Positions 12,953-26,216 of a DNA stretch of 64,000 bases are shown piece after piece. The stretch spans positions 92,940,001 to 93,004,000 of the forward strand of contig NW_024704743.1 in NCBI RefSeq assembly GCF_018977255.1, given 5' to 3'. Source of the DNA: Callorhinchus milii (Eukaryota). How positions within the stretch are numbered: position 1 is the stretch's first letter; the number at the start of each line of letters is the position of its first letter. A model generated the notes under the pieces. That model worked only from the letters and a program-made list of their open reading frames with translations. It was not told the DNA's origin and ran no database searches. A program made the position numbers and the translations under genes.

Positions 12953-14290
12953 AGAAAGGTCTTGAGACCGACCTTCAAGGAGGAAAGGGAGGAAGCGATG
13001 CGAAAGGATCGTGGGATGGAGTTCCAGAGTGAAGGGGCAGAGAGGCTGAAAGCCCGGCCACCAATGGTAGGGTGGGTCTGGCAGAATTCATGGAGCAGGC
13101 CGGAGCCCGATGAACGGAGAGAGCGGGCAGGCTCGTAGGGTGTCAGCAGGTCAGAGAGGTAGGAGGGGGCAAGGTCATGGATGGCCTTAAAGGTGAGGAC
13201 GAGGATCTTGAACTCGATCCTCTAGGGGATGGGAAAACAGTGGAGTCGGGCGAGGGTGTGAGTGATAGGGTCACGGAGCCTGATGGGTGAGAGTACACGA
13301 GCTGCAGAGTTTTGGATGATCTGCAGCTTGTGAAGGGAAGAGTGGGAAGGCCGATGAGGAGGGAGAATGCGTGGGTGAGGGGTTCGGCAGCCTGAACAGT
13401 GAGGCAGTGGCGGAGTCTGGCAATGTTGCGGAGGTGGTGGTAGGCAGTGCCGGGGAGATGTGGGGGAGAAAGGACAGTTCAGGGTCAAACAAGACACCCA
13501 GGTTCCTGACTGGCTTAGTGAGGTTGAGTGTGCAGCCATGGAGGCTGATGCTGCAAGTGCCTGAGGTGCGGAGGCATTGGCACGAGCCAATCAGAAGGGC
13601 CTCGGTCTTGCTGGCATTGAGTTGGAGAAAGTTGGCCCTCGTCCAGGACTTGATGTCGGACAGGCAGTCAATCAGGACGCCAGTAGTCCTGGAGTTCAGG
13701 GTGGAGGCAGAGAGGTAGTGTTGGGTGTCATCTGCACACGTGGAAATTTACCCCATGTCTGCTGATGACGTCACCAAGGGGGAGCATGTAGAGGGTAAAG
13801 AGGAGGGGACCGAGGACAGAGCCCTGAGGAACACCGCACAAGACAATGCGGGGGCTGGAGGAGAAGCCGTTTGCCTCGACGAAGTGGAAGCGTGTGAAAG
13901 GGACAGACCCTTGAAGGTTGAGGTGGCAGGAGAGGCGGTGGAGGAGGATTGAGTGATCCATGGTGTTAAAGGCAGCAGAGAGGTCGAGGAGGATGAGGAG
14001 GCAGAGGGAGCCCTGGTCACACATGGTCAGGATGTCATTTGTGACCTTGACCAGAGCAATTTCTGTGCAGTGGGCAGCATGGAAACCCGATTGGAGGGTT
14101 CATGGAGGGAGTGAGAGGAAAGAGTGAAGCTGGGAGGCAACGGCTCTCTCAAGGACCTTGGATAGAAAGGGTAGATTTGAGATGGGCCGGTAGCTAGATA
14201 GCTGTGACGGGTCGAGGGAAGTTTTCTTCAGGGTGGGGGTGATGGTGGCTGTTTTGAGCATGGAAGGAACAGTGCCAGATAACAGGGAGA
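12953..14290 (-). mobile_element. L2 LINE fragment (RT to C-terminal domain)
   Basis: [33 protein letters not shown] and SLHKLQIIQNSAARVL. Confidence 0.92.
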
Positions 14291-14318
14291 GCCCTCTTAG
14301 ATCAAGGATGCAGCAGTG

Positions 14319-14684
14319 AATAATAATAATACTTGCATTTGATATAGCGGTGATTCACGTCTCAAAGCGCTTCACAGAATATACTGGAAAGTGAATTGAT
14401 TGTATATTTTGTGGGCGAAATGCGGCACCTAATTGTGCACAGCAATGTCCCATAAACAATCCTGGATTGAGTGACCACATTATTATTATTATTTTTTAAG
14501 ATATTATTGACCCTGGAAAAGCTATCCGCCAATTGACTAACAACTGATTTCCTACTTACTGCTAGGTAAACAGAGGCATGTGGAATAACAAAACTTGCCC
14601 AACATTTTGCCCTGCCCAGGAATCAAATCCAGGTCCTCTCGCTTGAGAGGCAAGTGCTCTAACCACTAAGCCACAGGACTCCAC
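14319..14684 (-). mobile_element. tRNA-derived SINE, subfamily B (long middle)
   Basis: Head gtggagtcctgtggcttagtggttagagcac on the minus strand; middle ctctgtttacctagcagtaagtagg; L2-like 3' end with (ATT)n. Confidence 0.88.
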
Positions 14685-14994
14685 AGCTTATGAAATTCTT
14701 AAACTGGCCACCCAAGATCTAGCTGATCTGGTCAGGCTAGAATCTATGTTGCATAACTGGAACTCTACAGCGCTTTCATAGACCTGAAAGTAACAGTTAC
14801 TCTAAATGATTACAATGCTGTCCAAAGTCCAGGAGGAGACCTGGAAGGAGTCATTCAGTTCACAGCTCACTGGTCCATTGAAAAGGAGGCCAAACACTTT
14901 TAATTCATATAAAATTGGTACATTTGTTTTGGAAATAGCTGTGAAGAACAACATTGATGACAGCTCTGCTTCTACTATCTTGCTCACTTTCTAA

Positions 14995-15570
14995 GCGGGG
15001 TTGCAGAGGGGTGATAGATTGAAGTCATGTCATAATCCAAGCTCCGAAGTGCCTGAATGCAGGTAGTAGGGGATTCTGATCTGCATCATTAAAGTCAATA
15101 ACAGATTCCCAGAGGCCACATGCTACTTTCATATTTTAAGGTCCTCTGACATACCCAACATATTCTGTGGGTCAGATTAATGACACAGGAGCTATGAACT
15201 GAATTCCAAGATGCTGACCCCTGTGCGAAACTCTCACAGCTCAGTTGAGCTGCTGCAAAATGCTACCCATACACACACATGGCTTAACATTAAGGGCATC
15301 TTTGGGAGTTTAACAGAGCTTTCCAATTTGGATAACTTGGGAAGACATTTGCAGTACTACCCAAGACAAGTATGTAAGATTGTTGTACTTAGGTGCATGT
15401 TATACAATATTACAATGGGAAGAGATATTCCTACTCAGGCTGAGTATCAAGAGCTCATAGGTTAGGTGCAGGCAGAAGATGAAGGATGCTCTGTTGAGGA
15501 GCATGATACCTATTCAGCAGGCAAAGTTTACCAACAGGAACAGAACCATTGAGAGGATTTGAGAGCAATG
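14995..15570 (+). mobile_element. Harbinger/PIF DDE transposase remnant (HARBI1-like)
   Basis: GVID*SHVIIQAP at ~15008 (cf. GxIDCTHVxIxAP), RFPEATCYFHILR, and ORF 15211-15465 MLTPVRN...ATHTHTWLNIKGIFGSL...LQYYPRQVCKIVVLRCMLYNI (cf. LMTP...HxxTRxxIERxFGxLK...LQYSPxKVCxIVxACCxLHNI). Confidence 0.85.
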
Positions 15571-15679
15571 TTTGGCAACATTGTGCACTGAGTGATCCTG
15601 AGAGTGGAAGAAATGGACATCACAGAACACAGAATGTCTGGAAAAAAGATGGGATTCAGATAAATTTATCAAGAGGTAT

Positions 15680-15855
15680 ATTAATAATAATAATCCTGGA
15701 GTTTTATAATTTGATATAGTGTTTATAATAGAGTTTATAATTGATATACAGTTTATAATTTGATATAGCATTTTCACGTCATGCGGACATCTCAAAGCGC
15801 TTCACAGGATATACTTTAAAGTGGAGTCACTGCGTATTTTGTAGGCGAACACGGG
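15680..15855 (-). mobile_element. SINE 3' part with local tandem duplication of gtttataatttgatata
   Basis: (aat)n tail, 3-4 imperfect repeats at 15700-15768, then catctcaaagcgcttcacag. Confidence 0.7.
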
Positions 15856-18800
15856 TCATTAAACATCATAGGAGTTGATATGATCAAAGTGGATTTGATC
15901 AGTGCCTTATATAATGGGCTCAATGACCTATTTGTGTGCTTAACATCCCACAATTCTAAAACATTGTATTTTTCCCACCTGATCGGTATTTCTTGATTTT
16001 CCTTTCATTGAATTCTGAGAAGCAGCACAAAATTAAGGGTTCCTCTGTTAATCTTTCTTCAGAGGTTATCAGTGGGAATCTTTCCAACATTTGCGTATGA
16101 TAACTCCTCACAAGATATCTCAGATCAGTTCAGTTCTTCACAACATTATTCCAGTTCTATTGGTCCCTGGGGGCCTGCTGGTACTATATTTCAACTGTAT
16201 TTGTGGTCTTCATTCTGAATAAGGATGCTCCAGTGACATCAGCCAAATACTCTTTAACCTTCAACGGTTAAAGCAGATTCACAATTCTCCGTGGAAAGGT
16301 TACAGAGACTGTATTTCATCATACAAACCTGTAAAGTTCCTGACAGAAAAGAGAAGTGTGGCTTGTAAAACCTTTTAATGCTACAAAAGCACCTTTTCCA
16401 ATTCCATTTTTGTGTGGATGATGTCTTTTCTACTTTAATCAAATATAAAATGACTACAACCCTGAACCTAGCTCACTTACTTTCTGGAGAGTATAGTTTA
16501 ATAAGGGTGTTCACTATGAATTATTAAATGGAACATATTAAAGAAGCGATTCTCCAAAGGTTATTAAATTAATAAACTTTGGATGATGTAAGCATAAAAT
16601 AGGACAATCCCATTATAAACTCACCTACGAAGATCTTCAAATTTACACATGGCACAGAATAAGATGTTGATGCTCTTGCAAGGAATGAAATAATACTAAT
16701 CCTTGCATTTGATATAGCGCCTTATCACGTTATTGAGACATCTCAAAGTGCTTTCAGAATATACTATTAAGTGTAGTGCCTGTGTACATTGAAAATATTC
16801 AACCCTTTGGAGAATTATCCCATCAGAATGTTGTTACTCCTGTTAAAATAAATATGTACACATACCTTCTACAGTATCTTTCCTGCAGCTTTCCTACAGA
16901 AGTTAAGCACTTGGGCAATATAATGCAGTTGCTTAATTTTACGAATTTTGCTGAGAGACCTGAATAACTGTGGAATATTGGACTTCAGTATGATTAAAAC
17001 ATTCTGCAATACTCCCAGTATTCTGCCACTATAAATTCAAGGGCAAAAAGCCTGGAAGCCTATCTATTTCAACTCCATTAGACTATTTGTCTTAAGATTG
17101 TGCAGAATAATGGATTTTTAAAAAATTGGTCTTAATGTGGTTGGTCAATTAATTGATCAATTTTCCACACTTATTGAAAGAAACATCTTAATAATAAAAA
17201 TAATACTTGAATTTTATAGCGTGCTTTCACATTGACACAATGTTTCAAAGTGGTTCATGGGATTTACTGTAAAGTGTAGTATTTATCGTGTCGACAATTT
17301 GTGCACTGAAAAGTCCCACTAACTTTCATGAAGACAATGGACAATTTTATCTGGGGTTTGTTAGTCAAGACTCAGGAGAAACTCTCTTCTTTTTATGAAT
17401 AGCTGTGTGAGATCTTCCAAATGAAGACTACATTTATAAATTCATTTTCATTCTATGTGATTTTCAATTTTGAGACAAAATTATCTCATGGAATAAAAAT
17501 TAGTTGAATTTCAGATGTAAAGTTCCTGCTTGTATGAAGTCAGCTTCCCACATGTGTTGATAACGTACAGCTTTAATCTCTCTTCTTCCACCCTAGAATC
17601 CAGGACTATTGCTGTTATGATCAACTGCGTGTTAAGACAAAACTAAAGACATCTTTTGTGGCCCACATCACCATCGTCTTGCCTCTCCCGGCTGTTCTTT
17701 CTAGCTAACTGTACCAGAGCATACCTTGGTGTTGTACTTGATCTTTTCAGTTCTCTTTAAACCCTACATCCAAAATTGTTTTCTCTCCTCTTTGAAATAT
17801 TTCCCTCTTGCATCCTATTGTACCCCCTCCAAACCTCAACCATGCCCTTGTCACCTTGGGGTTAGAATTCTCTCCTCATCTAATTCATTAGCCACACCCT
17901 TCACAAGCTAAAATTCACCTAAAACTCTGTGGCCCATATCCTCTCTTGCATTGAGCTCCACACTTCCATTACATCATTCTTGCCACTTGTTTTCTGTAAA
18001 ATCATTGTCATGACTTTAAAATCATATTTCCTGCAAATTAATTAGCACACAGAAGCATTATTAAAAGTTGTAAATTTCACTCACCCCCAACAACAACAAC
18101 TTTCACGCATATAGCACCCTCCACGCAGATGAGGGTCTCAGATCATGTTGGAGCAGAATTTCAGTATTTACCAATCCAGGTTTTTTTTAAGAGAACTGTG
18201 ATCGCAGCTTCTGAAAACTGAATGTTCTTGCCCTCTGCTGATCAAATGTGGATTGCAGTGTATATGAGAGAAGCTCCCAGAGTGTTTGCAAACTGATCAG
18301 TTCTAATTTGGTTTAAAATGCAACAATGGAGTTGAACATGCAATTTAATTTACAAATTTACTAAAGCTTTGAATATGAATTAACGAGATGTTATAACGAC
18401 AACTCCACTCCTCCCTCACCTCTCACTGGTGACATATGTGAAGTCAGATCACACATCTGACTTCCAGCTTGTGAATTCTGCCATTCAATTGTGGGTTAAC
18501 ACCCAAGTTCATGGATAATAAATAATAATTCTTACATTTAATATTGTACGTTTTTCATTGGGAAGATATCTCAAAGCACTTGACAGGATATATGTTCCAT
18601 TGCTGTTGTGGAACATTGCTGTGTGCAAACTGGCTGTCACATTTGCCCACAAAAGACAGTCAATCCACTTTACAGTATATGTTTAGCAGGCAAACAAAGT
18701 TGGTAGTATACATTTGTAGGTAAATGTATATGCTAAATACTGGATATTAGCATTCAGCCATTTAATCATATTCAATACTTCACAAATTACTAAAGTTAAA

Positions 18801-19139
18801 CTGCATGTTAGACAGTATAATTTCACCCAGAAGAGAGAATTCCATCTAAACACAACACATGAACGCTCAGAATGCTGTATTTATTTGAAGTCACAACATA
18901 TTTTTAAAAGGAATATAGCAACAAAACTAAAATTGAATCATGACTAAGAGCTCACAAGCTGCCATCACACTATTCAGCCTCGCAGGTTTTGTTGCTTTGA
19001 TTCATTTATAGAAAGTATGCAATGAGCAACAGGACATGAAACTATTCAGTAACCTGACTGCAAACATTTTTCAAGTTCATATGTTGAGGTAGTTTCCTGC
19101 AGTGCTTCATAGTTTGTTTAAAATGGGGCCTGAACATAT

Positions 19140-19445
19140 GATAAATAACGTGCATTTTTATAGTACCTGTAAGTCTCAAAGTGCTTCACAGCAATCATCC
19201 TTCTTTTAGGAAAATGCAGCATGCAGCAAGGATACACAAATAGCTATTAGGTGAATGATCAACTCATTTGGCGAATTGACACACTTGGAAAAAAACAATC
19301 TTCCATTTTTGAATAGCACCATGAGATCTTTAACATCTGCTTGAAGACATGCAGACAAGACATCTTGTCTACAGGACAGCACATCTGATAATGCAGTGCT
19401 CTCCCATTGTGACATTCAGCCCTAGATTATAAGGTCAAGTCCTTA
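19140..19445 (-). mobile_element. Old Deu-domain SINE remnant
   Basis: atgagatctttaacatc...gacagcacatctgataatgcagtgctctcc is the reverse complement of the Deu core seen at 38330-38460. Confidence 0.65.
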
Positions 19446-19554
19446 TTATAAAGTCAAGAATATAAAACTAAGTGAATGATATTTAACCTGTATAGTTTGT
19501 TTTAGTTCTCCTGCAGTTTGAGTTTTCTGTTCAGTTCCAGTTCACTCTGCTGTA

Positions 19555-20045
19555 TGAAGGATTTGAGAGGTTATTTTCCCAGATGATACCAGGGCTGTGC
19601 AGTTCGATCTATCAGCTGAGACTAGAGGAACTGGGACTATTTGTGGGCCTGAACTGTGAACTGGGTCTTTATTATGGAATAAAGAGGTTGAGGGGAAACC
19701 TGATAAAGGTCTTTAAAATTTTAAGTTTTTACAGTGTCAATAGAGAGAAATGATTTCTACTGGTCAATGAATCATTGACTGTTGGTCAACAATTTAAACT
19801 AGTTAACAAGGGAGCAAAGGGGATTTATTTTACACACAATATGGTCAGGATGTGGACTGCTCTGGTCAAGGTGAGGTGGTCAAGGTAGGATCCACATCAG
19901 CTTTCAAGAGGGAAATAGATAAATATCTAAAAAGGAATGATTTGAAGGGGTATGGGAAAAAGACAGGTAAATGAAAGAGAATGAATTGCTCTTTTAAAGT
20001 ACCAGCACAGATAGGATGGAACAAATGGTGCTATTCTGTGCTCTA
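19555..20045 (+). mobile_element. Old CR1 3' fragment
   Basis: agatgataccagggctg...aggttgaggggaaacctgataaaggtctttaaaatt..., ending in a CR1-type 3' UTR (cagcacagataggatggaacaaatgg). Confidence 0.8.
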
Positions 20046-20892
20046 TGGTTTCCTTCCTCCTGTACCCACAACATTATCTCTTCTTCCTGTACCCTGTGAC
20101 CTCTCCAACATTCCTAACACTGAGCGCAAACAACAGCCAATTTTCAAATGAAGGCTTGTATAAATTTTTGAGCAGGAGGTCGCCATCTTCCTTCTTGTAG
20201 AGGAGGATGAGGATGAAGAAAAGAAGAAGTCCGGGGTGAGGGGGAGGATTTCGGTGAAAACTTGCTGATCATGGAAGGCCCCCGCTCTTGCATAATAGAA
20301 CAACACTGCAACCAGCATCACAACTACACCGCTCCACACAGGTCAAGAAGTGTCAGAGGACAGGTTAGATGATAGGACAACACATGGTGAAGCATTGATC
20401 ACGACAGAGGTCAGGAAGAAATCGGTTGGGAAATTTGGCTGCCCATCTAGGAACCTTCAAAGGGGATGTATTAACGTGCAGTGGTACCACATTCCTCAAG
20501 TTATTAGAGGTGTGAGGTAGGACGCCCACCACCTTTTCCTCCTCCATCATGGGGGCACATATCTTTGGGAGGTCTCGCTATCTTTCCCTCTCATACAAAT
20601 ATAGGATACATTGAGTAAGTCTAATGAGCACACAAGGGATCAGATAGCAGTTGGGAGGTAGGAAGAGGACACACACAGTATAGCAGACTGATGCAAAGCA
20701 AATTGGTAGAATTATAAATATGCAAATAGTTCTTATTCTATGTTACAAACATCCAACTAAATTATTTGAGCAGTCCACTGTAGCCCTCAGACTTTTTTCT
20801 CAATTTTGACTTTCTATGTTTTACTCAGATATACTTATACCAATTTCTGCACACTACACTCTCCCTACAGAACTGTAATAATAATCCTTACA

Positions 20893-21045
20893 AGTGGATA
20901 AATATCTGGGAGCACAAATTTGCAAGGTATGGGGAGAGAGTGGGGGAGTGGGATTAATTTGGAAAGCTCTTTCAAGGGCTGGGACGAGCACGATGGGCCA
21001 ATTGGCCTCCTTCTGTGCTGTATCATTCTATGGTTCTATGATTCT
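20893..21045 (+). mobile_element. CR1 3' terminus
   Basis: gatgggccaattggcctccttctgtgctgtatcattctatggttctatgattc. Confidence 0.85.
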
Positions 21046-21382
21046 TTTTAGTTTAGTGCCTTTCACATTGGGAGGACATCCCAAAGTGCTTCACAGTGTA
21101 TGCTGTAAAGTGGAGTGACCATGTGGACAACAGAGATGTTAAACTGAGATCCATCTACCTGTTCAGATGGGTGTTAAAGATCTCATAGCATGATATGTAC
21201 AAAAGAGAAGGGAGTTTCTCCTGATGTTGTGGCCAACCATTCCTCAATTCACTTCATGGCTCTTCATGGGATATTACTGTTCAGAAATGGGCATCACAAC
21301 AGAGCTCCTCTGTAACGTGCATTGTGTTTTGGGCGAACACAGCAACCAATTTGGTATGTAAAGGTATGCACTCTATTTTCAT

Positions 21383-21586
21383 TTACAACAACAACAACAC
21401 AACAACAACTTGGATTTATGTATTATCCTCCATGCCGGATGGCATCTCAGAGCACTTCACAGTAACGGATCCCGGGGCCGAGCCAGGGGGAGGAGGAGGG
21501 GGAGGAAGGTGACCAAAGGCGCAGTCAAAAAGAAAGGTCTTCAGTCGAGACCTGAAAATAGGAAGAGAGGGGGCGAGGCGAAGGCT
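21383..21586 (-). mobile_element. L2 3' terminus, second subfamily
   Basis: (CAA)n tail; highly similar to 48350-48555. Confidence 0.75.
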
Positions 21587-22952
21587 ACTTACGTAACCAG
21601 TCTAACTTCATTTTGCCTACGTGAATTTATAAGAATAAAATGTTTAATTTGGGCCATACAATAAGATAGTAAATATACAAATTAAACTCTTGTGGTTATT
21701 AATGCCAAAAAATAAGTCAGATAAAAGGCATTAATTGACACCTTATGAAGTTCATTCAGGGACAATATGCAAGAATACTCCGAAGATTATATGGTGAAAA
21801 GCATTGTGCTTAGATGGCATATTTTTACAACCTTTTCTATGAGTGTACACATTTGAAATGGATCTTCATTCGGCTACTAACAAGTTTAGTACCAGACACA
21901 GAAATAGACAGATATTATAGATTTATAGCTTTAGTAACCTCTTAGACCAATTGTGTAAGGAATTGATGACATTTCTACACTGGCTCCTTACTATTTCTCC
22001 ACACTTGAATGACCAGATTCTCCTTGATAAGTAGGCTTGGAAAGACAGACAATGAATGGTACTGACAGTCAATGAGAATGAAATAAGACAGTTATGTAAG
22101 ATAAGTAGTTGAACAAAAAGGAGGCAACTGATATTACCATTCCACAAAACTACATGAATTTTTGTGGAAAATTCACTGGAAAATAAAAAAAATGCAAGAA
22201 TGGAGAGCTTTATATATGTTATGATAAGATTTAGAGTAAAAATAGTCTCCCTCAGAGACCGGAGCCAATGTTATTTTCAGACAAGAGCTTCCTGACATTC
22301 AGAAACCCTGCTATTGTTTGAAACTCTCAAAGGCACAATCTGAAGCAAAGACGCACAGAGAGTTGACAACAAGGCTTATTATAATTGACTGGAAATTTTG
22401 GGATGCTTCATACAAACTTTATGGGATTGAATTTCCATGCAGTTAGATTATAAGTATTCAATAAAAAGGATGACGTGATTTGGGAGTAAAATAAATGAAA
22501 CCATAGTAATGAACTCATGAAAGTCTGAAGCCCTTTTGTGTGGGAGAGAGAAAAAAATGGCAAACTATAAAAACTAATTGTGCCATTTTAATTGCTCAAT
22601 GTTGGCTCACTATTAGGTTACTCAGTGATTTCTGCAACTATGTGCAGCTCTAAGACCAGAATCATTTGCTGTTGTTAGATTTGATGCAAGAATGATACAA
22701 ACTGAAATAGAGGGGATTAACATGCTGGCATGGCAAGCAATTAGGAACCTGTTCCTTTAACTCAATCATTATAAATGTCATAAATGTACCTGTCTTCAAG
22801 TCCACAAAACCTGCAGGTGCACATGACATGTTTTATCTGATGCTGCAATGAGACTTTGGAGATGATTCTACCATCCCACTGTAATACTGAAGACCTTGAT
22901 ATATACTTATAAGTATATAATCTAGCTCCTGATTATAACAAAGTAGTAAACA

Positions 22953-23240
22953 AAATAATAAGCCTTGCATTTAATGCAGTACTTTATCACATCATCAAAA
23001 CGTTTCAAAGCATTTCACAGAATTTACTAAAAACTGTGGTGACTGCATGTTTTTAGGTGAACGCAGTATCATTTGCACATCGTAATGTCCCACAAACAGC
23101 CATGAAGTGAATGATTCCTTTTAGCTTGAGGATTGTTGGCCAGGACAACAAGCAAAACACCCTTCCCTTTTTTCGACTGGTGCCATGGGATCTTTAACGT
23201 TCACCTGAATAGGAAAACAAGACTTTGATTTAACATCTCT
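22953..23240 (-). mobile_element. Old Deu-domain SINE remnant
   Basis: gtgccatgggatctttaacgttcacctgaatagg...tttaacatctc plus the SINE tail. Confidence 0.7.
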
Positions 23241-23350
23241 CACAGTAATCCATCATCACTTTCACTACCTCCATAGTAACACACCATCAGCATCACTCCA
23301 CAGTAACACACCACTGACTATCACTCTCTCCCCAGTAACATACCTTTTAC
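23240..23350. repeat. Degenerate ~28-bp minisatellite
   Basis: About four units of cagtaacacacca...atcact. Confidence 0.6.
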
Positions 23351-24174
23351 TACAGTAAAGAAATGCTTCATATTTCTTGTAATATTTAATTTAGTGGAGT
23401 GGACAATTTAACATGAGGCTATAATCATACTCTCCACACATTTTTATTATTATTACTGGATATCTGTTAAGATCAAATATTACTTAAGGTCATTTATCTT
23501 CTAGCAAATAGGAATTGAAAAAGCTTAAAAGACTGCACTATTTCAGCTGAATCAAAGCCTGTGAGTTTATGTGAAAGGCATAATATAATCTGCCCTTTTG
23601 AAAACCTATACTTGAAAGAAAATCTGGTAGAAAGCAAATTAGATTTAATACAAAGGACACTCCAGTATCTAGTCCAAAACAACATTTCATCTTGGCACTT
23701 AAATTCATCGTTTAGTAGATTATGGTGAAAAACACAACATTTTGTTGTAGATTTAATATGATAATTATCATTTTATAGCGATTTTGTGATAATTATCATT
23801 TTGAGATACACTACCTTTTACCTCATGTTTACATCTGTTCTAAAGACTGACCATGGAACTCAACTCTCTCACTGATTTCAGCACAATGGGTTGCTCCAAA
23901 GGCCAATTTCAAAAACGGTTGCTGCATTATGGATAATATAGTTGTCAAATATCAGTTAGTGGGTCCAGATTTCATTTTTGGATTCTGGATTCAGCATTTA
24001 AATGTTTCCTGATCTAATAAGTCTACCTGCTATCTTACTTGTAGCTACAAACAATTCTCTTCTTGGGCCCAACCATTCTCTGCTTCATTCCTATGCCTGA
24101 TCACAGAGATTAGCATATGAGCACAGATAAGAATACAATATTGGCGAATTTCAGTTAATATCCTATGAAGAGGC

Positions 24175-24880
24175 AACAACAATTTGCAGTGATATAGCAC
24201 CCTTCATGCTCGGTAAGATCTTGGAGTGCTGATGCTGAGCTAGGAAAAGACGAAAGGTTATCACAGGTATGGTTGAATAGGAAGCTTTTCGAGAGTGATC
24301 AGAAGATAGGCAAGGAGGGGCAAAGCAGAGGGATTAAGGCAGAAAACACCATATCAAATGCAAGGATTATTATTATAAAGTTGCATAATTTAGGGCGAGT
24401 ACCTAAAATCATGGCCATTGATGGTGGAGTGGAGGAGACAAGAGACAAGCAGGAGGCCAAAGCTAGCTGAGTGAAGGAGGTGGGTAGAGAAGTGGGGTCA
24501 GAGAGATAGGCATGAATGATTTGGACATAAATGTGAGAATCTAGTAATCAATCTATTTTGCAATAGGGAGCCAGTGGACCCTGGCAAGGACTGGAAAGGT
24601 GGGAATGCAGAGTTTGATGTGGTAGAGGATAAGGGCAGCGTAGTTTTTAATTAATTAGATTTTATGAATGATGGAGATAGGGAGACCGGCAAGAAGAGAT
24701 TGGACAAATTCAGGCGGGAAGTGATGAATCATGAATTAGGATTTTGCTGTGTGAGGTATGAGATATGGTCGGAGTCAGACAATGTGACAGAGGTGGAGGA
24801 AAGTGGTCCTGGTCAGGGACCAGATGTGGAGTGGAAAGGAAAGCTGGGGATTGAACAAGTCTATGCACAGGTCAGGAATT
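24175..24880 (-). mobile_element. Old L2 fragment
   Basis: Purine-rich + strand matching the L2 C-terminal region (agggagccagtgg, gggaaagctggggattgaaca), with a caacaac tail remnant. Confidence 0.7.
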
Positions 24881-25246
24881 CTTCCCAATCGGCTCCTGTT
24901 ATTCCTGCAAATGAATGCTGTTAATCGATAGCCAGCAGGAAACTTGTCATACAGTGCTCTCAGTGATCATAGCCGTTCAATCTCCAGTCACGTAGCCTTG
25001 TTTCTTGCCAACTTGTGCCTAAGGTGCCAGAATTAAGCAAGCAGGGTGTATATTTCCAGGAAGAAAGATCAAATTCCATTTTAGCTACAGGGAAATTTTG
25101 ATGTGTAAGAAGCATATATATGTGGAACTTTCAGTCTGGTTCGGATACTGTTAAGCATGATGATGGGTCTCCTCTTGTGTCAGACACTCAGATTTCTCTG
25201 CCTCCCTCAAATGTTTTCTTGCAGGAAGACTAGTATGTAGTAGCAA

Positions 25247-25842
25247 TAAGAACATAAGAACATAAGAATTAGGAGCAGGAGTAGGCCATTCGGCCCCTCG
25301 AGCCTGCCCCGCCATTCGATAAGATCATGGCTGATCTTCAGATCTAACTCTAATTACCTGCCCTATCCCCATATCTCCTAATCCCTCTATTTTTTAAAAA
25401 ATCTATCAGTCTCAGCCTTGAAGATGTTCAAGGACTGAGCATCTAGAGCCTTCTGGGGTAGTGGAATTCACTACCCTCTGAGTGAAGAAATGTTTCCTCA
25501 ACTCTGTTCTAAAAGGCTGACCTTTAATTTTAAGACTGTGACCCCTGGTTATAGATTCTCCTACCAGGGGAAACAGTGTCTACTTTATCCAGCCCTTTAA
25601 GAATCTTATATGTTTCAATAAGATCTCCCCTAATTCTTCTATACTCTAGAGAATATAGCCCTAGTTTATTCAGCCTATCCTCATAGGTCAGTCCCCTCAT
25701 CCCAGGAACTAACCGAGTGAATCTACGGTGCAACCCCTCTAGGGCAAGTATGTCCTTTTTTAAATAAGGAGTCCAAAACTGCACACAATACTCTAGGTGC
25801 GGTCTCACCTATACCTATAAGGCCCTATACAGTTGCAGCAAT
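25247..25842 (-). mobile_element. CR1 3' fragment, second subfamily
   Basis: Tail (ttcttatg)n; [39 protein letters not shown]. Confidence 0.93.
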
Positions 25843-26059
25843 GAGAGAATGATCCAAGCCCAACTCCTCAAATGAAAAGATGCATTCCCAAAAAGTTATG
25901 TTGGACTAAATTTGGTTATAATTTCCAATATAAGAAAATTCCACTTTTGAAGATACCAATAAAAGTCCCCCTCTTTGTGGCCGAACTTTCTGCTGCCACT
26001 GAATCTCTGATCTGTGTCCTCAGAATGTAATCATTTATGCTGGAATGTGACTCATTGCA

Positions 26060-26216
26060 AGGTATTGTTGTGGGACATTGCTGTGCACAATTGGCTTCCG
26101 TGTTTTGCCACAAAACATACAATCAATTCACTTTAAAGTATGTTCTGTGAAGCACTTTGAGACGTCTGGAAGACATGATAACGCGCTAAATCAAATGCAA
26201 GGGTTATTATTATTAT
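26060..26216 (+). mobile_element. SINE 3' half
   Basis: ttgtgggacattgctgtgcacaattggc...gacgtctggaagacatga...(att)n. Confidence 0.8.

Noticed and set aside
23240..23350. Repeat-spacer pattern resembling a CRISPR array
   Set aside because: Degenerate minisatellite in a vertebrate genome, with no unique spacers or cas genes.
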